This document shows, piece by piece, positions 27,221 through 37,276 of a DNA stretch of 64,000 bases. Where the stretch lies: the NCBI GenBank assembly GCA_951406725.2, contig OX597823.1:32488001-32552000 (forward strand), read 5' to 3'. The stretch comes from Octopus vulgaris. Taxonomy: Eukaryota. Both the position numbers and the translations under genes were made by a program. Each line of letters begins with the position of its first letter. The first letter of the stretch is position 1. The notes beneath the pieces were generated by a model. It saw only the letters and a program-made list of their open reading frames with translations. It made no database searches and was not told the origin of the DNA.

Positions 27221-30200
27221 GATGTGAGGTAGTGCATGACAGCAAAATATGGCTAGAAATACAGAGGATTATAACATGTGGTGTTTTGTAAGATGTGTGA
27301 TGGTGTACAGTAGTGAAGCACTGACAGTAAATGTAGAAGACTATGTCATGTGATTGTGGTGAAACATGAACAATGAATGTAGAAGGCTACATGTGATGTG
27401 ATAAGATGTCTGGTGGTGTTTGACAGTGAATTTAGAGGATTGTATGTGTTGAATGTAAGATATATGATGGCGTATTGTAATGGAACCTGTAGAGAAAACT
27501 CAATGGTGGATTTTGAGGGTTTCCAGTTATTGAGGAAGGAAATTATATGATCCACTGGATGTGAAATGTTGATTTAAATCTGAACTGAAACAGTGTTTGT
27601 GTCTCAGGTGATTGGAAGATATCAACTGGGTGAAGCTATCTTTGGGGCTTCACATTGGATGTTAATCAGCTGTAAAGATGGAAAATGAAGTGTTTAATAG
27701 TTTGTTGTCAGTTGAGAATATTGGAGCTCAAGGACACAGCTATAAAATGAAAATGAAAGAGTGTATATTTACAGATCTGTCCAACCCATAGCAATGGAGA
27801 AAATTGACTCGCAACATTACAAAATGACAATGTCCACAATGATACCTGTGTGTGTGTGTTCTTACACATATGCATGCACATTTGCATGCATGCACCTCTT
27901 CAACACTTTCCTCTAACTCTATCCATTCTTTTCCATTTCAGCCAAGAGTTGATGAAAGTGATGATGCATATGATGACTTAACTGAGTAAGTAATCTTTTA
28001 CCACCATTATTGTCACCTGTGATACAGTTTTACCCCATCCCCCACCCCACCCCACTTCCTCATTTCAGGTCACATAATTAATGTTCTGCTGATCTGCAAT
28101 GCATGCACATTATATAAAGCATTAAATACAGGTCATGTCTTTGGTGGTAGTTTTTGTATTTGTGTATGTCGAACTCTTTTGTTGTTTTAACAAATGAAAG
28201 TTTAGCAAGGCACAGCTGCCCAGTGGTCTTAATCACTGGACTTAATGAAAATGTGTGATGGCATTAGTGTCTTGGTTTGCTGAATAACCAACACAATGAA
28301 TATTATTAAAATGGACGTAGTTGTGCAGAGCCATTCCCATTCTCTTCTCCTTCAAACTTGTATTGGTTTGGTGCAACTAGTGAACATGAGCCAAGTATTT
28401 ATCAGGATGCAGGAATTGCATGGATTACCTTCTCTTTGTTGCAGCAGCTAATGAGCTGAAGGGCCTCATCTGCCCTGACTCTGTTGGAGTGTCTGTAAAT
28501 GACATTCTTCCAGAGGTCCTTTTGTGTATGTGTATGTGTGTGTAGTTGAAATTTACAGGAAGACAAAAGACAAAGATAGGTGTATAAACAACAACCAGGT
28601 GTATTAGTTTGATGTTCAGAAAGGTGAGAAAGTCTTTTATATTTTGAGCCTACGCTCTTCAACAGAAAGGAACGCAAGAAAATAAGCAGAGTAAGAAAAA
28701 ATAGAAAATTCAAAAAATTCAAAAAAGTTCAAACATTGTGGTGTATTGGAGCGATTTTTCATGAACAGAAAATTCCAGTGAAATCCATAAGTATATCCAG
28801 TAGTAATATATATATTAAAACTTTTTTTATTCTCTCACTGTTTATTTTCTCGTGTTCCTTTCTGTTGAAGAGCATAGGCTCGAAACGTAAAAGACTTTCT
28901 CACCTTCTCGAGCATTAAACTAATACACTTGTTTGTTGTTTACACACCTGTCTTCATCTTTTGTAAATTCCAGCTATATATATACATAGACAGACTCACC
29001 TATGTATGTCTGAGTAACTAGATCTGTGTATGTGCATGTTTTTTTTACATCTGAGTCCCTCCTAAAGTCTCTGAGCTGCAAGTTGTAATGATGTTGTTAT
29101 TTTCCCTGTCAACAAATCATCCACTGTCTTTGTGCTTTTGAAGATGTGTGAAATAAGAGATCTCCCACCTGCAAACAAGGGTTAATGACAGGAAGTATGC
29201 ATCTGGCTGTAAAACAATGCTTCAGTGTTATAGTCAGCTACTCAATGCCAGCGTGGAAAAATGGATGTAAAAACAAATGAATAAACTACACTTTAACTCT
29301 CAACATTATTTTATTTTATATCATTTGCCATAAAGGCAGTACACAGATATGTATGTAGCTTTGCAGGCTGGACAAGACATTAATGAGGCGAATGATAATT
29401 ATACAAGATGATAAAGATGGGAGAAGACAGAAAGCGCCCACCGGCCCTCTGCTTCTCTAAAACATTGTTCGTTAAAAACAACATATATAGTGGTATTAAA
29501 CCTCTTACAAATATATACAAAAAATTGGACTAGAAGTTCATCACAAAGGAAACAAAATTTATACATATGGAGGCAATAAACCTCTTACATTACTCCCTCA
29601 ATTAACTCTTTTGCGGCCTGCAGGTATTCCTGCAACCACCAATCGGAGCCCAAAAAAGTAATCTGTATTCCTCCCTTGGGAAGGATCTTGATCTGTGGAA
29701 AAAATCTTTTCTTTACAGTACCAGTGCAGCCACCTGCGAAGGCCACTCTGGACTGTCAATAAAAATCGGGTCCATCAGAACCCGACTATCAAGATTATTT
29801 GCCACATACTCCTCAATCGCCCCTCCCCTGCGATAGAGGAATACAAATTCCTCATCACTTTCATTGAGAGGGACCTCAACTACCTCGCTCGGTGGCACAC
29901 ATCCCACCGACAAGGTTTCCTTCTTCTCCTCCTCCGGTGGCACACATCCCACCGAAGGGATTTCGGGACATGCCATCACCAGCAATGCCCCGTTTTTCTT
30001 TTTCTTCTTTCTTTTCCCCTTTGCGACAGGAGGGTGGAGTTCCTCCGACATGTCCAGAGGTCCCTTTAACTCTCAACATACTTATATGCAGCAAGGTAGA
30101 CAGTACTATTGACAGTTTAGTGTGTTGGTCATAGACACAGCACAACAACCTAAACCACACTTTGATGCCTATTTGCATGCAGCTAATTAAACTGGACTGT

Positions 30201-33200
30201 TAATAGTTGTCATGGACACAGTAGAGTAAACTCTACCACACTTTGGAACCTGCTGACTGCTAAGTGGACTTTTGGTATCATATAATACCAGGTACAACTG
30301 AAGTATGACATCTGACATGCTTTTGTTCCTCTAAGCCATTCCCTACAGTATACGGCCTTTAAGAAAAATATGGTCACATGACTAATTTTGTTAATTTCTG
30401 CTTGACCTTTCCTCATTTTTAACCTTTCCTGTTTGACCTCTTCTCTAGCTTCCAGGAAAATGAAAAGAAACGAGAGAAGGAACAGAAGGAACGGCGAGAT
30501 AAAGAAGAGAAGAAAAGGAAAGAAAAAGAAGAGAAGGTTAGTATGTGTGTGCGTGTGTACATGTGTGTGTTTATTTTACATAGTTGGAAACTAAACAGTC
30601 AGTGATCCATGGTTGTATCTATCACTGGCTGAGTTGTGATGTTCATGGACCTCTCATGGGTATTAATACAAGTTAGTTGTCAATGTCAAATGGAATTGGT
30701 TTGTAGGTTCAGTTACTCAAGAGATGATGATTCCTCATAACCTTGGAATTTTCACTAATTGGAATAAATCTTAATAAGTAACAACCAGAGGGTTATAGAC
30801 AGATAGATAGGCAGGCAGGCAGGCAGGCAGACAGATAGATAGACAGATAGATAGATAGACAGATAGATAGACAGATAGATCGATAGATAGAGAGATATAG
30901 ATAGATAGATAGATATAGATAGATAGATATAGATAGATTGATTGATAGATAGATAGAGATAGATTGATTGATAGATAGAGATAGATTGATTGATTGATAG
31001 ATAGATAGAAATAGATTAATTGATAGATAGAGATAGATTGATAGATAAGGAGATAGAGAGAGAGAGATAGATCAATAGATAGAGATAGAATTGTTGGAGG
31101 AGGAGGAGGAGGAGAATAATGTTGTTAGCTGGTACCCTCAGTTCAGCTCTTATCAAGCAGACCTATGATCAGAGGTATTCCAATCATGACCTTCCTGTCA
31201 TTCAGTGTAAATTTAGAACATTATCCAGTATGTTCTTACTTCTTTTTTTGAGAAGATACCATGCAATTTGTGAGAGATTTAACTGCTATTTCTAACAGTT
31301 TCAGTGGCTACATCGAGTCTCCTTCATTTTGGCTTGGTGTTTAATTAGTAACTACAGCTGCAGACTGAGAGAGATGGGATCAACTCATAAGGAACAAGAT
31401 TCAGAGGATTTTTACTTGTAGTAACTACTGCTACTGCTGCTGCTACTACTTTACATAATGTTACCAGCAGCTGTAAATTACACATGATTGATAAAAGTTG
31501 ATAGAAAAAAAGAAAATTGCAGTGAGTTGATTTGCTGAGAAGAGAGAAAACATTCATTTTCGACTTTTATTCTTCTTTGCAGAAAGAAAGAGAGAGATTA
31601 TAGAAAGCAATAGCAGGAGTTGGTCTGAGAAAGGTGAAGGAGAGGAAAATATGGATTTGTAGGTGTGGGGAGTGAAGGGGAAAAGGACAGTATGCGTAAG
31701 GTGGGAGGAAGTAAAGTGTGAAGCTTCCTATAATATTAGTTGTTAAAATTTCTAGGAGAGCCAGGTTAGGGAGAGATAGACAGACAGAGAGTTGAGGGCA
31801 GAGTGAAGAAAAATGTACAATAAGATATGAACATTTAAAGTCAGAGAAGTAGGAAGATATAAAAATGGTTTGTTGAAAATATATAATGAACTCTGAAGAG
31901 GGTAAAGAATTGTAAGAAAGAAAAAAATGGTATTTTCGGAAGGGAGACAGGCAAATGTAATGGTCTGAGATAAAATGTAGGGAGGATCAATTATGGCTGA
32001 CCTGAGGCTAAACAACAACATATATTAGGTGATGTGCAGTCAAGATTGGTGAGTGATGTTGATCCATAAAGTGTGTGGTGGGGCCTAGTGGAACAGTTGC
32101 ATAAGAGATGAAGGGAGAAGCAAGGTCACATAGTTGGGAACATTTGGAAATGTTAGGTTGGGCATGTCTGGGAGAGAGTGAGAGAAGCACTGGTTATGAG
32201 GTCAGAGTTTTAATCATCTTTGCAGGATAGAGGTAGAAAGTCAGGAAAGGCAAGAGTGAAAACAAGATTTGGATGACTGAGAGCAGAAGGAGGATATTCT
32301 AAATCATCGAGTAGCAGGATGAGGTTAGAATTCAATAGTTTCACTAGTTAGAGGCTGACTTTGCCTTACATCCTTTCGGAATTCATAAAATAAGTGCCAT
32401 TGGGGTCCTCCCCTAAAATTGCTGGCCTTGTGCCAAAATTTGAAGGCAATTTTTATTAACTCCCACCCCACCCTCTCAGTTCAAATGGGATTTTTAGTCA
32501 TGTGATCTTATGGTGGCCTCATAAGTGCAGATGCCATGAAAAATATACACCTCAAAGTAGTTGCTGATTACTTCACTTGAACATCATCCCACAAAACATA
32601 AGGGTTCCAATGCATCTAAGAAACAACTGGACATTCTTTATGTATCTTTTTGCAAAAAGACATAAAGGGAATCAAAGTTCTTCATTCACTGCTTATCAAC
32701 CACAAAACAAAGAATGCCTCCACAATGATGGGGATGCTGCAATATGGTTTATGATGAAAGATCAATGTATTTATACATTTTATATATATATTTATGAATA
32801 TGTATTTATATTCTTTTATCTATGTAAATAAATACTGAGGTCGATACATTTGACTAAAAATGCTTCAGTTGTGATACCCGTGCCTGTGGCACGTTGGGCT
32901 TCACAGTGGAAATATGCTGTGACTGCGAAGACCCGACAAATGAAGTGAGTTCATGGCTCGCAGGACGGCCTGCTGTGGTAACTTTGGATCGTAGAGTGAA
33001 CCGTTGTGCTTGAGGAGACCTTATTGAGTCAAGTATATCAACATCAAAATAAAAATCAAATGGAAATTGTAGTTATGATATCCCTGTCAGTGGCACATAA
33101 AAAGCACCATCTGAACGTGGCTGATACCAGCGCCGCCTGACTGGCATCCGTGTCGGTTACACGTAAAAAGCACCAACCGATTGTGGATGTTTGCCAGCCT

Positions 33201-34202
33201 CCTCTGGCCCCTGTGCCGGTGGCACGTAAAAAGCACCCACTACACTCACAGAGTGGTTGGTATTAGGAATGGCATCCAGCTGTAGAAACAGTCAGATCAG
33301 ACTGGAGCCTGGTACAGCCTCCTGGCTTCCCAGACCCTGGTTGAACCGTCTAACCCATGCTAGCATGGAAAACGGACGTTAAACGATTATGATGATGATG
33401 ATGATGTGGTGACTCAGAATGACTGAAACAAGTCAAAGATAAAAGATGTATTTGAGGAAATTAGAAATTATTTGTGTTACTTTATCACTTATATTGTATT
33501 TTTTTTTTTTCATAGGAGAGGAGAAAGCAAGAGAAAGAAGAAAAGAAAATGCGGGCCAAACTTAAAGTAGGTAACCCTTTATTCACTGCCTTTTACTATT
33601 TTCCTGTTTCTTTGAACCCTAATCTGAAACGTCAACCCTTTACACCTTTAACCCTGTCTATTGAACCAATGTCTTCAACTCTTTTCCAACAGAGAGTATT
33701 ATTCACATTTACTGCACGCCCACCTCACCTATCACAACATAGCCTGACTCTTGAACTCTTTACTCTCCATCAACTCCTTGTAATTTGTCTTCAGTCTTGA
33801 ACTCCCTACTAACATACCACACACAGCTTCACTTATATTACAAGACATGGAGAAGGGCTAGAATTTGACTTTATGGAAAAATATAACATCCTTGTATTTA
33901 CAGTTCTATATTTAAGAGATGAGGAATTATGTACATAATTTACATTATTTACATTTGATGGATATTTGTCCTCATCTTGTTTGTTGTTAACACAGCGTTT
34001 CAGCTGATATACCCTCCAGTCTTCATCAGGTGCCTTGGGGAAATTTCAAACCTGGGTTCTCATTCCTAAGGTATTTTTTGATGTTATTATTATTATCATT
34101 ATTATTCAGGTCACTGCCTGGAATTGAACTTGGAATCTTGGGGTTAGAAGCCTGTGCTCTTAACCACTATGCATAGTGGTTAATTATTATTATTCAGTGA
34201 CA

Positions 34203-34245
<43 letters not shown>

Positions 34246-35710
34246 TAATATCAAAAAATACCTTAGGAATGAGAACCCAGGTTCAAAATTTCCCCAGGAC
34301 ACCTGATGAAACCTGGAGGGTATATCAATCGAAACGTTGTGTTAACAACACACAAGATGTGGACAAATATCCGTCAAATGTAAATAATGTATTCTTGTAT
34401 TTGTTCATCTCTTTTACATCCATTTTCCCATGTTAGCATGGATTAGACAAATTTAATATTGAAGCATTGTTTTACAGCTGGAGTCTCTTCTGGTTGGTAA
34501 CCTCCTCTTGTTTTTCAAATAAGGAATTTCTTATTTCACATGTCTTTGAAGGTGTGAAGTAAGTGGACAATTTGTTGTCAGAAGTGAGAATAACCTTACT
34601 GGTTGAGCTTTGGTATTTTTGTAGACCACAAATGTAAACAAGCACACAAATTTATATATATATACAGTAACTAGCAGCTAAGCCCGGTTTCACCCGGTCG
34701 GTTTGGATGATGAGGCTGTAAAACCTTCTCTGTGTAAGCATTCGATTTGTTTGGGCACGCTTACGTTAAAAAACAATTTTAGAATGACTTTTCTGTCAAA
34801 ACGCTAAAAATAACTGACCAACAAAAAAAAAACCAACCAAGATTCAACCAAATCAAAAAATAAACCCATATACTAAGTGAACAAAGATGAATCACCCCAC
34901 TTCCATTGTGTGTGCACACACACACACATATATTCACAGAGTTGAAACAGTGTTTGATTTATTTTTTTCAGCGTACAATTTTCATCATCCCACTACCAAG
35001 TATGACATCGCCCCTTCCTTCCTTATTCATCTATCACCCTTTCCTTTCTCATTCATAAACACAAGAGTATTATCATAGAAGATTATCTCAGTAACCATGG
35101 GAGCTATGAAAAAAGTGCAAAGCCCAGCATCACCACCGGATCATCGTCTGTGTAATTTTTTGCACAAATGTAAACAAACACACAAATTCATATATGTACA
35201 GTAATATACTGGTGTCTATATCATCCATATAATCCAATCTCACTAAATACTATCCTTCAGTATGTTTTCTTCCTACCAGATACGAGTAATAAACTGGTAT
35301 CAATATAATCCACTATCACCTCTTTCCACCATATCTCTTTACTCTTTTACTTGTTTCAGTCATTTGACTGTGGCCATGCTGGAGCACCACCTTTTTAGTC
35401 GAGCAAATCGACTCCAGGACTTATTCTTTGTAAGCCTAGTACTTATTCTATCGGTCTCTTTTGCCGAACTGCTAAGTTACGGGGACGTAAACACACCAGC
35501 ATCGGTTGTCAGGCGATGTTGGGGGGACAAACACAGCCACACAAACATATACACATACACAGACATATATATATATATATATATATATATACGATTTGTA
35601 TTTATGCTTGGGAAAATTAAATATCTTTTATGCAACATACAATAGGTGTATGGCCAGTTTCCGATGCACCGTTTCATCATGATGGTAACTAACCTGATTA
35701 ATAAATCAAG

Positions 35711-35750
<40 letters not shown>

Positions 35751-37229
35751 TATACACATACACAGTCTTTCAGTTTCGTCTACCAAATCCACTCACAAGG
35801 CTTTGGTTGGCCCGAGGCTATAGTAGAAGACACTTGCCCAAGGTGCCACGCAGTGGGACTGAACCCGGAACCATGTGGTTGGTAAGCAAGCTACTTACCA
35901 CACAGCCACTCCTGCGCCTGTGGCCTTGTGCCAGTATTAAAGAAGACAAAGATGTTATTTCTAAAATTAAGTAAGGTTTATCCTCCAACACCTTAACCTC
36001 TTACCCGATGTGCCACACATTGTAGTAAACTGCACGATCTGGTCTTCAAATTATTATGATATTATTTTCTTTATAGACAATTTGTTAATGCAGTAATCAT
36101 ATTTATCATTTGATTGGTCCACAGATGGATGGTACTGAACAGGTACTCAGCGAAGGAACATACACAGGTGAAGTTTTTAAACCGGGCAAGCTGGATCTCG
36201 CCATTAAGAAAGGAGACAGAATAAACATCCTTCGAATGCATAACAATCCTGCAGGGAAGTGGCTGGCCAAATCTGAGGATGGTCGACGTAAGTGGGAATG
36301 CCTTTGTGTTCTTGGTTTATTGAATTTATTTTAGTCTTTTATGTTTTTATAGATTTTAAAGTGTGTGTGTATGTATATGTATGCAATTATGTAGGTAGGT
36401 TAAAATCCAAGCTGTGTATTCTTGAAGCATGTCTGCTTATTCCAGTATTACAATCCAGTGTGCAGTTGTATGTGAGGTACATGTTAGAGTTGAAAATACT
36501 GGAAATACTGTTTGCAGAGTTATTATATATCAAAACTGAAAGTTATAAAAATTTTTTGATATTATTTATACACCATTACACATGTTTCATTTGCTAATAG
36601 GAGTTACAAAATTGTACATGTTGGATGTACAACTTTCTAATTCCTATTAGCAAATGAAACATGTATAATGATGTATAAATAATACTAAAATATTCTTCCA
36701 GTTTCCTGTACAGGGTGTCCTGTAATTAATTATTTCAGTGAATTCAGACAATTTTTTTTTTAAAACTCATTTTTATTTATGTTTATCATGTTTAATATGT
36801 ATTAAAAGTCTATATATTTTTAATTTTGTTTATAATTTTTTTTTTATAATTTTACTTTCATTCCTGCTGAATCTTGTTTATCTGTCCATGACAGCTTTTT
36901 TTCAATTTGGCAGAAATAGTTTAGCTAAACTTAAAAGAACACATTCAGTTAGCAATGCAGGAGATAATTCCTGAAATGCTTCAAAATGTGTTTTGCAATG
37001 CTAAAGATAGATTTGAAATTTGCAGGGATACAATCGGAGTACATATTGAAAATTTTCAATAAAATTTTGACATAAGATTTATAAATCTATTTGTTTTTGG
37101 TATCACATTAAGTATTAAACATGAAATTCTGTCAGTTTTTCTTAGAATTTGCCTGTAATCATTGAAATAAATAAATAGTTAATTCTGGGACACTCTGTGT
37201 GCATGTGTGTGTGTATGTATGTATGAATG

Positions 37230-37276
<47 letters not shown>

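Noticed and set aside
30453-30456. Alternative acceptor ttccag 7 nt downstream, and alternative donor gtaacc at 33571
   Set aside because: Each shifts the frame relative to the flanking exons, so they were not used in the gene model.
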